Positions 31,101 through 36,947 of a stretch of 62,620 nucleotides of DNA are shown piece by piece. Position 1 is the first letter of the stretch. Every line of letters starts with the position of its first letter. Source of the DNA: a virus (Duplodnaviria; Caudoviricetes); IMG/VR virus record IMGVR_UViG_3300008110_000094, positions 1-62,620 of that record. One strand, given 5' to 3'. Under the pieces are notes generated by a model, which was not told the origin of the DNA, did no database searches, and was given only the letters and a program-made list of their open reading frames with translations. The position numbers and the translations under genes were made by a program.

Positions 31101-34100
31101 TCGCCCGAGCCTACGAGGCTTGGAAAGAGGGCCAAGAGGGGGCGATGAAGGGCGGCCTGATCGCGCGGGCCTTTGCCAAGATCAAGCGCTTCATCGAGGC
31201 GATCGGCAACGTGTTCCGGGGCCGGGGCTTCAACACGGTCGAAGGGCTGTTCGAGAAGATCGACGAGGGCAAGATCGGCCGCCGTGGGCGCGAGGCGCGG
31301 CACGCAGATCCCGATGGGCCGCGCAAGAATTTCAAGCCCATGTATGCCGATGTGCCGGGCGAACCGGCGCCGAAGACAATGGCCGAAAATCTCGCACGCG
31401 GACGGGCGGCGATTGCGAAGGTGCTGGCCGAGCAGACCGATGTGCGCCACGCCGCTTGGCGTCCCGAACTCGGCTGGATCGATTTCATCTGGGGCGACGA
31501 CGCCAAAGGCATCGCGCACGCCATCAAGGGGCGGATCGAAAAAGACGGCATGTCCCGTGCCGACGCCGAAACATTGGTGCGCCGCATCCCCGATGTCATC
31601 GCGCGCGGTCGTCTAAACCCATACTTCGTCACGCCAGAGCAGCGCGTTGGACGCACGATTGTCTGGAACAACCAGACGGTTGTGCTGCGATTTGAAATCG
31701 ATGGCGTTGATCGCCGCTGGGTCATCACTTCGCACGAAGGCATGAGCAAAATGCCGAGCGGCGCCAAACAGATTTCGGAACAGCGGGCGGAGGAATTGAT
31801 CGCCGATGCGACGGTGAGGGGTTCGGGCGCCTCGTCCGTTGCTACGCAGGGTGAGCTTCGCGCGAACCTACGTGACCAAGCCAAAGCGGCTGCCAGTGGC
31901 GACACTGGACCCGGTATTTCGACCGGGCTAGGTACGGCTAGCGGTTCCCGCCGAAGCGGCATCTCGCCCACCCAGGGAGCGGCGACGGGCAAAGATATAC
32001 CCGAAACCGACTCCGATGGCAACCCGGACGGCAGCAACGACGACGCCATGTACTCCCTTCTGCCGAAGGACCAAGCCTCGCCGGCAGAGTCCGAGCGCAT
32101 GGCGGAACTGGCCGGGGAAGAAATCGTCTCGGGCACCGAGCGCGATTTCGTCAACGACGCTGGGCTCGTCAAGCGCTGGGTTGTGCATCCCCGCACCATC
32201 GCGGCCTACGACAAGGATTTCGTGCCGGTCTATCGCGCCGCCGTTCGCCAGTTCGAGACGCGCGACGAGTTTGCGGCCGAAATCGCCCGCAAGGCCCAAG
32301 CCTATACGGACCTGACGCCCGAGGACCGCGCCCAGGTCGATAAGCTGCTTGAGCTTGGTCGCCTGGAAGGGACGGTCTATGGCGACGCCGCGCTGAAAGA
32401 CGGCGTGACCAACGATCCCAGCGCCAACGAGGGCCGCACCGAAAACGCCGTCCTCACCAAGCCCGGCGAAACCGTCACGCTCACCGACCGGCAGATCGAG
32501 GGCTACAAGGCTGCACGGGCTTCGATGAACACGGCCTTGGACCTGTTCAAAGCCCAGATCATCGAAGAATGGGGCTACGATCCGACCGAGATCCGCTCGA
32601 GCGCCGACATCCTCGCCCTCATCACCGACGAAACCGGCGACCGGGAAGCCGAGCAGCACAAGGATGCTGCGAAGATCGTGCGCGAAATCGAGCAGGCGCA
32701 GCGCACCGGCTACGTCCCGTTCACGCGCTGGGGCCAGATCGGCATTGCGGTTCGCAGGGCCGATAGCCGCCAGATGGCGCTCGGCATCGACGGCGAAGCC
32801 TCGCGCCCCTACACCACGATCCACTACGAAATGATCGAGGTCGATGGGGCCGTCTCGCGCCTCATGCGCGCCGCCCGGAAGCTGAAAGGCCGCAAGACGG
32901 CCGAACAGCTCGGGCAGTTCCCCGAGGTCAAGGCCCGGTTGGACGCGCTCAAGGCCAAGTACGAGGGCGACCCCGACGTGCGGTTCAGCGTGTTCCAAGT
33001 CGGGGAGGGTGGGCCGCTCGAGCAGGGCGTGAAGCTGTCCGATCTGGACATGCTGGCCGAGGTCGGGCGGATCGACGACAAGGCCTGGGAGCAGGTGCGC
33101 GAGCAGCTTGAAAAAGCGATCAAGATGCGCGGCTTCCGCAAGCATTTCTTTGGCTCGAAGAACCTGCCGGGCTACTCGGTCGATTTCGAGCGCGCGATCG
33201 CCGACTACACGATCGGCATTGCCGGGTATCTGGCCCGTCGAAAGTACGGCTCGATCTGGGATGGTGCAGTGGGCAAGATTCCGACCACCAAGCCCAAGCT
33301 TCGCGAATACGCCCAGAAATACCGGGACTACACGCAATCGCCCCAAGAAGAATTGCAGATGCTGCGGCAGTTGGGGTTCGTGTTCTACCTTACCTCACCC
33401 GCTTCTGCCTTGGTCAACACGACCCAGGTTCCGCTTGTGACGGTGCCCTGGCTATCGCAGTTCGCGCCTGGGCCCAAGGTGATGTACCACGTCACGAAGG
33501 CCTACAAGGACGCCTTCGCGATGACGACGGCAAGCCGTGGCATGGACGTGTTCGACCCCGCCAAAGCGCCGGAGGACGTTCGCGAAGCCTTCCAGAAAGC
33601 GTGGGACGAGGGCTTCTTTGTCCCGTTGAACACCTGGGAAATGATGGGCACCGCGCAGGCCCGCAGCCAAGTGGTTCGGCGTCTGTCGAAAGTCAGCCGC
33701 ACGGCGGTCGATGCCATCGCGCTTGGGTTCACCGTAGCCGAGCGCTTGAACCGGATTGTGACGTGGATGGCGGCCTATCGTTTGGGCAAGCAGGAAACCG
33801 TGCGGCAGTCGGCCCGCACCATCCTTGCGAAGAACGCACTCGCCCGGTCGGACGAGCTGTTGCGCGGCTACACCCCGGAAAAGTTCGCAGGCTTCGCGAT
33901 CGACGAAACCCAATTGCGCATGGGCAAGGTCAACCGTCCCGCGATGATGCGCGGCGCCGGGGCGGCGATCTTCCAGTTCAAGGGTTTCACCATGCAGATG
34001 ATCGAATTGCAGTTCCGCATGGTTCAACAATATGCAGGCCGCCGCCCGAAAGTCGCAGTCGGCGCCATGTGGTTGCTGTTGATGCTGACGGCTGGCATCT

Positions 34101-34933
34101 GGGGCGCCCCGTTCGGAGACGATCTGAAAAACATCTTGGAGTGGATGAAACGCAAGTTTGGCGGGACCGATCTCGACCTTGATACCGAACTGCGCGAGTT
34201 GGTCGTCGAATTGACCGGCTCGCCGGGGCTTGCAGAAGCGTTCTCGCGCGGTACGTCGCGCGCGGCCGGCGTCGATCTGCAGCGCATTGGCATGGGCAAC
34301 GTCCTACCGGATGATGCGCAAGAACTTGGCGGTATTCCGCTTGATCTAGCCTGGGGGCGTCTCTCGCAGGCAATCGAACACGGCAAGCGTGGCAACTGGA
34401 TGCTGGCTTTGAGCGAAATGATGCCCGCGTTCCTCAAGAATCCGATCGTCGCCATGTCGTGGGGCACGGAAGGCGTCAGATCCCAGACATCGGGGCGCGT
34501 TGTTATTCCGCCCGAGAAAGTCACGGCGGGCGATATCGCACAGAAGGCGATTGGCTTCACCCCGGCCGCCATCGCCAACCAACGGGAGTCCGAACGCGCC
34601 CAGACACGGGCGAACACCGCGACCAAAGAGGTCAAGGACCGCTACATCGGGGAACTGGCACGCCTTCGTGCGGACATCCTGCGTGCCGACACCGCCAACG
34701 ACGCGGCCAAGTCTCGGGTGCTCGAGGAACGGTTCGCGCGCACCCTCGACGAGATCCGCGCCTTCAACGAGGGCCGCCCGCTGCACGAAATGGTCATCGT
34801 CAATCCGAAAACCCTCAAGGATCGGATCAAGGAAGAACTGTCCGGGGCGGCGGTGCGCGACAAGAACGCCCCCAAACAGGCCCGCCCGCGCCGCGAGGAA
34901 ATCGAGCGAATCTACGGCGAGCAGCCCCGATAG
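22163..34933 (+). CDS. darB: Giant (4256 aa) DarB-like large polyvalent ejection protein: InPase-like, N6-adenine MTase, SNF2/SF2 helicase, HExxH metallopeptidase-like, PBECR-like nuclease and PLxRFG-like C-terminal regions
   Basis: AGNYK..H....I.IETP.G..RSG....W...M..HYG...GT.GADGD.LD; FEPGMGVGNF and NPPF (26063-26074); AVGAGKT (28151-28171), DEAH (28628-28639), QRNGRALRQGN; HEAVH (30938-30952); WIDFIWG....GIAH; YVPFTRWG. Confidence 0.93.
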   Translation: MARFQGIPLDQAPIEQAPSMAAPRAPRFRGTPLEGPKPVAAPAPVAALAPPPIAEAPAPSEMPDINPPTMPQAAPQPAAGGLGAQIMRFGKDAGASVVAGTGSIMQFPGQVYGLATGDFDTMSTRGGEAVRQFGQSLKSPELQEKERQAQAVIAEAEKDGFGAEVGAVLKTYLSDPVLLANFTVEQLPSLLATMGFGKLAQWGTQVAAKVAQRGAVSAATLSRAGQAGAITGGAAMQGASVGDETRDAILRLPDATFAASPAFQALVASGIDPQAAKEQLALEGARLAGAAGAGISGATATLLPGVERMGFGQASTQGIIRRVLTGGAAEGFQEGLEEGGGRFAQNVAVQQIDPDQSLLQGVGAQGTMGALPGAVTGAGVAALSGREDAPITPSIAVNGGPPVRVEPTFDAPTQPPPPPNPRAGARFGTGDTVLQPAPLSTPRSRSDLAADLADPRPIAEIDAERQQRAREQQVQLASQYGYPAIGSAFTFTLPDGETVQGVMEGVQQTSTEGLARIRGADGQMYVLGADEFTVTEGTGDKADPVVVKTAEDVDIAAQQVEAPTPAQAKAGNYKHAHLEWEGFDIAIETPQGGTRSGVGKDGKPWSVTMPHHYGRLKGTIGADGDQLDITIGPNPEQNGVVWVIDQIDPDTGKFDEHKIMAGFEMGEEAEQAYIDGFSDGRGIDRIGAVERMDLAQLRQWIANGNTKKALAYNGTPKYREYRIPAPAQAPGDNYRGGQRGPAFDLPASQPAPAAEPPQAPAEGAPSRENGAAASPEPAPAPVVRPVQPKPQTLAEPEQAPDWYKELTETGRRLLYVRAGFTAGEVNRRAKVTWNNISPEVRKRLETAAKAPQPEAAPRPAYIGKGPDFASGRNDALAGKPRVMPTYFTKPYGKNARNWLLGWDAGKAEADQTKASEAPPAAPQKAPRPNDIFFNNKQELVEYLTDRLPKGYEVDRGGDGPGSPVRLFGPGDKLIDEWVGRPERARIDKVIERAKKAAADAAKPAPSPKPAEPDMLPAQAENEDVVQPSAVPSSPAGSEPGASAGTAPQRADVEAPRGQGEGVRGDGARGDGERRPERREPRTDDPRAGASGDVRPADAAVADKRPDAEVKGENHVIEAGALGESRPWRQKALDNIRAIELMRQIEAEGRPATKAEQAELALYVGWGGIRNAFPDAQGAYGKGFETIGKKLRELLSDTEYKTAQRSIQYAHYTSETIVREMWRAAQQLGFKGGKVFEPGMGVGNFAGMMPTDVSAASTYHGLELDHTTARIARLLYPRFGIRQDDFTKAPIPADTYDLAIGNPPFADVAIKSDPAYAKHAFLLHDYFFAKSLDAVRPGGLLMFVTSAGTLNKIDTAAREYMADRADFVGAIRLPGDAFEKNAGTSVTTDIIILRKRLPGETAGSKAWTETVERTLPNKDGAKQSGAVNRWISENPEMVLGDEGFFDKLYPGRYGVRSSEGDFAPKLKKAVDALPADVMTPWQETQAERAEVDFGTKERKDGSFYLDASGRLMQMRDRVGQPVPQRGKGATGGKTGAEMARIKKLVPIRDALRAVLDADLSEDSANAAKARKRLNAAYDEFVAEFGPINKAELSERRPSVVQQESARSDAREEARFNGLPFDEGTFDPRQMIVQGKSLAEIARARNAMREEYAKAGKTFDEGTFDPDDMPDIIIDKRPNVDAFMDDPESYRLRAIEDYNDNTGEAKKRPIFERNIITREKEPEIKSVNDALLYVLNRRGRVAIDEIAAAVNITVPQAIEQLGDRIFKLPGTQDAYETRDAYLSGNVRKKLLEAQAAAERNPEFKPNVEALEAVQPTPLTPSEISANLGMPWLPTDVIESFGTEIGLTKLKVGYLPALASWNVSGDDSSSAARTEWGTAERSAPELISDALNRQDPKIYDEVRQPDGTKTRVLNTVATQAAQDKLQAIKAKFSEWVWSDAARADRLATLYNDNYNNLVVRQYDGDYLTTPGIAAGWSWRPHQKRAIARIIQSGNTYLAHAVGAGKTSEMIGAIMEQRRLGLVRKAMVAVPNHMLGQFTKEFYEQYPTAKIAVADERQFHTDRRKQFVANVANDDLDAIVITHSAMGLIPVSPEFQDALIQEQIDNFRDLLSELDKTDRITRRRIENAIERLEQRLLGKAKKQDQVYTFEQMGVDQLFVDEAHLFRKLDFATKMSGVKGISPEGSKAAFDLYVKARYLETINPGRSLVLASGTPVTNTMAELYTVSRYMQPQELAERGLAHFDAWAAAFGDMATELEQDAAGGYKPVTRFAQFVNIPELSAMVRQQMDVVTSNQLEQYVVRPKIKGGRRELHMSEKSPELADYQEQLAGRMKAIANRKGPPKPGDDIILSVINDGRHAAIDMRLVNPDLPADPTSKLSRMIDRVFDIWQKTKRQPFHKAEGGKYTEKPVDYGPATQMIFSNLGIGGSRPFNVHTYIVNELARRGVPRAEIAQIADFKTHVAKQRLFNDMNEGKVRVLIGSTAKMATGVNAQRRLYALHNLDPLWYPADDEQRNGRALRQGNMNPEIEINDYSTKGTYDSTMWGMMARKAGFIQGFFEGDKSIRSIEDLGEASLYEQAKALTTNDPRLIQLTETKQELEKARRRRSAFESEVWSVKEKIAGANRSIAYAKRRIPDVEKDIAQRIETKGDAFKGAVNSKKFDERPEFGNALLAQMNDIAELESPTKAKKIAEVGGFPVMASSQKAWYAKPGDPLKVSVYLDRNGDFQTDIAESESALGLVRSIEYALGKFESERDGYQNNIAAAERTIKDYTPKLEKKFDGDEKIKELAEKLARLEADINADAKARDAAAAAQQAATKAEDESGEEMQSLRNTGRARNGEKVKLGAPIVDRSLDTLRAELYADLREELDRIGLTDVALNLPDYIARGDGEGGVQYSAGRQRFWGDAQVLIEIALTEANGAEVQVDPNSTLHHEAVHAMKRLNLFSPAEWKVLAARSEAVWVKEYGLTDKDSGYNNLPKNLILEEGIARAYEAWKEGQEGAMKGGLIARAFAKIKRFIEAIGNVFRGRGFNTVEGLFEKIDEGKIGRRGREARHADPDGPRKNFKPMYADVPGEPAPKTMAENLARGRAAIAKVLAEQTDVRHAAWRPELGWIDFIWGDDAKGIAHAIKGRIEKDGMSRADAETLVRRIPDVIARGRLNPYFVTPEQRVGRTIVWNNQTVVLRFEIDGVDRRWVITSHEGMSKMPSGAKQISEQRAEELIADATVRGSGASSVATQGELRANLRDQAKAAASGDTGPGISTGLGTASGSRRSGISPTQGAATGKDIPETDSDGNPDGSNDDAMYSLLPKDQASPAESERMAELAGEEIVSGTERDFVNDAGLVKRWVVHPRTIAAYDKDFVPVYRAAVRQFETRDEFAAEIARKAQAYTDLTPEDRAQVDKLLELGRLEGTVYGDAALKDGVTNDPSANEGRTENAVLTKPGETVTLTDRQIEGYKAARASMNTALDLFKAQIIEEWGYDPTEIRSSADILALITDETGDREAEQHKDAAKIVREIEQAQRTGYVPFTRWGQIGIAVRRADSRQMALGIDGEASRPYTTIHYEMIEVDGAVSRLMRAARKLKGRKTAEQLGQFPEVKARLDALKAKYEGDPDVRFSVFQVGEGGPLEQGVKLSDLDMLAEVGRIDDKAWEQVREQLEKAIKMRGFRKHFFGSKNLPGYSVDFERAIADYTIGIAGYLARRKYGSIWDGAVGKIPTTKPKLREYAQKYRDYTQSPQEELQMLRQLGFVFYLTSPASALVNTTQVPLVTVPWLSQFAPGPKVMYHVTKAYKDAFAMTTASRGMDVFDPAKAPEDVREAFQKAWDEGFFVPLNTWEMMGTAQARSQVVRRLSKVSRTAVDAIALGFTVAERLNRIVTWMAAYRLGKQETVRQSARTILAKNALARSDELLRGYTPEKFAGFAIDETQLRMGKVNRPAMMRGAGAAIFQFKGFTMQMIELQFRMVQQYAGRRPKVAVGAMWLLLMLTAGIWGAPFGDDLKNILEWMKRKFGGTDLDLDTELRELVVELTGSPGLAEAFSRGTSRAAGVDLQRIGMGNVLPDDAQELGGIPLDLAWGRLSQAIEHGKRGNWMLALSEMMPAFLKNPIVAMSWGTEGVRSQTSGRVVIPPEKVTAGDIAQKAIGFTPAAIANQRESERAQTRANTATKEVKDRYIGELARLRADILRADTANDAAKSRVLEERFARTLDEIRAFNEGRPLHEMVIVNPKTLKDRIKEELSGAAVRDKNAPKQARPRREEIERIYGEQPR
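25178..25222 (+). promoter_or_regulatory. Putative internal promoter and RBS for the nested ORF
   Basis: TCGCCA(25178-83)-N17-TATGCT(25201-06); GGAG at 25219-22. Confidence 0.5.
25230..25463 (+). CDS. Overprinted 77-aa helical protein nested out of frame in the giant gene (TnpV-like)
   Basis: MSFSRAQYLQALQDQNPEQARELRRSGQMSKHLADKAKEYE...MIREQVQAETFDLP; own RBS and promoter; the main frame here is low-complexity R/G/P/D-rich. Confidence 0.68.
   Translation: MSFSRAQYLQALQDQNPEQARELRRSGQMSKHLADKAKEYEATERAAMANADPSDENLARMIREQVQAETFDLPMQR
31829..31990 (-). ncRNA. Putative antisense-encoded structured RNA inside the giant gene
   Basis: Closing stems GCC-CGTC/GACG-A-GGC and GGGTGGGC/GCTCACCC; hairpins CCGC-TTCG-GCGG, CCCGGT-CGAAAT-ACCGGG, CCAGTG-TCGC-CACTGG; upstream promoter. 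Confidence 0.55.
31994..32022 (-). promoter_or_regulatory. Putative antisense promoter
   Basis: TTGCCA(32022-17)-N17-TATATC(31999-94) on the - strand. Confidence 0.6.
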
Positions 34934-35010
34934 TGCGATCCAAACAGAGGAAGCCGAAATTCCGGCCGGTCGCCAATCGATCGGCGGTTTTCCGGTTCTG
35001 GCCCATCCAC

Positions 35011-35040
35011 AAACCCATCCCAAAAGGATGGGTTTTTTCT
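35011..35040 (+). terminator. Rho-independent terminator before the lysis genes
   Basis: AAACCCATCC-CAAAA-GGATGGGTTTTTT. Confidence 0.85.
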
Positions 35041-35117
35041 TGCCCGCTGACCGACGTGCGCGGACGGCCGACTCATCACGCGCGACACTCGATCCTCATC
35101 AAAAAGGACAAATCGAC

Positions 35118-35510
35118 ATGAGCGACTGGCCCTACCGCTATTTCTCTCGCGCTGAAATGGCGTGCAAGCACACTGGTAAGTGCGAAATGAAGAACGAGTT
35201 TATGGTGATGGCCGACGCGCTGCGCGAAGCCTTCGGCAAGTCGATGATCGTCACGTCCGGCTATCGCGACCCGTCGCACCCCGAAGAAGTGAGAAAGCGC
35301 GAGGACCGCGCTCGGCGTGGCCTCCCGCCGCCGCTTTCAACGCACTCGGAAGGCATCGCCATGGATGTTGCTGTGCGCGGTGCCGACGCCGTTCGGTTGC
35401 TCGAGCTTGCGCTGAGCATGGGCTTCCGGGGCATCGGCGTGCAGCAAAAGGGCGACACCCGATTCCTTCACCTGGATACCCGCAAAGAACCGGCAATTTG
35501 GAGTTACTGA
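35118..35510 (+). CDS. Endolysin, peptidase M15 family
   Basis: YF...E.AC, TSGYR...H, S.H..G.A.D, GIG....FLHLD.R. Confidence 0.9.
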   Translation: MSDWPYRYFSRAEMACKHTGKCEMKNEFMVMADALREAFGKSMIVTSGYRDPSHPEEVRKREDRARRGLPPPLSTHSEGIAMDVAVRGADAVRLLELALSMGFRGIGVQQKGDTRFLHLDTRKEPAIWSY

Positions 35511-35513
35511 ATC

Positions 35514-36176
35514 ATGCTTGGAGCAATCATCGGGGCCATCACCGGAATCCCGGCGCTGATCGACGCTGGCAAGGCCATCTTCCAGACAGTCAGCGGAAAG
35601 CCGTCCACGGCCACGTCGGCGCCCGAGCTGAATGACGAGGTCCAAGCCCTTCCTGCCGACCAACAGAAGGCATGGGCAGAAGCCATGCAGGCCAAGATCG
35701 ACTTCTACAAAGCCGAGAGCGCGCGTATCCAGAACGAGCAGGGCGACGTGACGGCCGAAATCCTCGCCGTGCTCGACAAGCCTGCGGCGGCCAAGGTCGC
35801 TATCGAGCGCATGACAACCCGGCCTTGGGTGGTCAAGCGCATGACGCATGTGATCCTTCTGCCGGTCTATGTGATGGTTCTCGACAGCCTGTTGATGGTG
35901 TTCAACGGGCTCTACCGCATGGCGACCGCCCAACGGGATCTGGCCCCCTTCGACCTTTTTGCGGAAAAGCTGTTCGGGGAAGGGTCGCTCTACGCCTCGA
36001 TGTATAACCTCGCCGCCCCCACGGCTGCGGTCGTGGTGGTGTCCTACATCACGGCCAAGACGGTTGAGACGGTGCGAAATGGTGCATCGGCTGGGGACGG
36101 GCTGGCCGGCACGATCGGGCGAGCTGTGCAGGCCGTGGGCGGTATTGTCGGGGCGGTCAAAGGTGCGCGCAAATGA
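35514..36176 (+). CDS. Holin-like membrane protein
   Basis: Follows the endolysin; RPW motif and two hydrophobic helices. Confidence 0.7.
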   Translation: MLGAIIGAITGIPALIDAGKAIFQTVSGKPSTATSAPELNDEVQALPADQQKAWAEAMQAKIDFYKAESARIQNEQGDVTAEILAVLDKPAAAKVAIERMTTRPWVVKRMTHVILLPVYVMVLDSLLMVFNGLYRMATAQRDLAPFDLFAEKLFGEGSLYASMYNLAAPTAAVVVVSYITAKTVETVRNGASAGDGLAGTIGRAVQAVGGIVGAVKGARK

Positions 36177-36247
36177 GGCCGCTCACCTTCGTCACGCTGT
36201 TCTTGGCGGCGTGGGTCGCGCTGACCTATCTCGGGGCGCCAAAATAA
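36173..36247 (+). CDS. 24-aa hydrophobic peptide
   Basis: ATGA overlap; MRPLTFVTLFLAAWVALTYLGAPK*. Confidence 0.4.
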   Translation: MRPLTFVTLFLAAWVALTYLGAPK

Positions 36248-36256
36248 GGGAAGGGG

Positions 36257-36328
36257 GTTGTGCGAGGGGACTCGAACCCCCAACCACCGGAGCCACATCC
36301 CGGTGCTCTACCGTTGAGCTACGCACAA
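36257..36328 (-). tRNA. tRNA-His(GTG), CCA not encoded
   Basis: Cloverleaf TTGTGCG TA GCTC-AACGGTA-GAGC A CCGGG-ATGTGGC-TCCGG TGGTT GGGGG-TTCGAGT-CCCCT CGCACAA C. Confidence 0.9.
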
Positions 36329-36334
36329 ACCAGT

Positions 36335-36760
36335 GACGCGGCGACGGGCGGGGCGTCATCCCCGCATTGTGTGATCCGGCTGTCCGTCGCCAAAGCATCC
36401 GTCCGATAACGGGCTACGGTGTGCCTACGCGCGGTCCGGCTGAGAAGTTGCTTTCCCCTTCATTCGGAAGCCGTTTCCGTCGTCACCGGCTGTTCGCCGG
36501 GCGGTACGGGGCACGCCGCCGCGTCGGAGAGCACAGGGTCTTTGGCGTAAACGCCGGGCTTGCCGATAATCTCGATGCCCTGAGTCCGGCCCTGTGCTCG
36601 CCGCCGAAGCGGGAGTAGATGACGCGGGCCACGCCCGAAGGCAGGCGTATCCCAAAAGGGGCCGGGTCGAAGGTTTTTCGTCCACCCCTAGTCTCCGCAA
36701 GATGCGGCGCTTTATGGCTTTAAGCTACGACCGTATCCCTGCCAACCGCCGCCCGCGTCA
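36335..36760 (-). ncRNA. Cluster of three stem-closed putative structured RNAs upstream of the tRNA
   Basis: Perfect terminal inverted repeats 36335-43/36517-25, 36529-38/36590-99, 36620-29/36751-60; C-UUCG-G loops on the - strand; no credible ORF. Confidence 0.55.
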
Positions 36761-36767
36761 CGGATTG

Positions 36768-36867
36768 TGTATCATAATGGCACGCTCAATCCAAGAGCCC
36801 CCGTGACGGTTTTCTTCGCGGGGAAATGGTGGGAAGAAACAGGAATATTTCGTAACATTATGGCACG
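36768..36867. promoter_or_regulatory. Two operators: TGTATCATAATGGCACG (36768-84) and CGTAACATTATGGCACG (36851-67)
   Basis: Motif matches; the first overlaps a TATGAT -10 for the RNA/tRNA cluster. Confidence 0.7.
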
Positions 36868-36875
36868 GTCGCCAG

Positions 36876-36947
36876 CAAAGACATTGATTTTGAACGCAAA
36901 AATATTCAAAGACGGCAAGTACGCCGAGATGTAAATCAATGAGTTAG
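36876..36947. other. Probable attP region with two IHF-like sites
   Basis: AATCAATGAGTTA (36934-46) fits WATCAANNNNTTR; inverted near-match at ~36878-90; AT-rich; directly downstream of int. Confidence 0.55.

Noticed and set aside
36257-36328. tRNA-His as the attP core
   Set aside because: It is ~600 bp from int and has atypical features, whereas IHF-like sites directly next to int mark a better candidate. Not fully excluded.
36335-36615. Hammerhead or HDV-like (theta) ribozyme next to the tRNA
   Set aside because: I could not find a CUGANGA/GAAA core or an HDV-like pseudoknot by eye; needs a covariance-model search.
36620-36760. tmRNA piece (GGACGAAAAACCTTCGAC resembles a tmRNA 5' end)
   Set aside because: No acceptor/T-arm with CCA and no ANDN...AA-type tag frame found; the resemblance is too weak.
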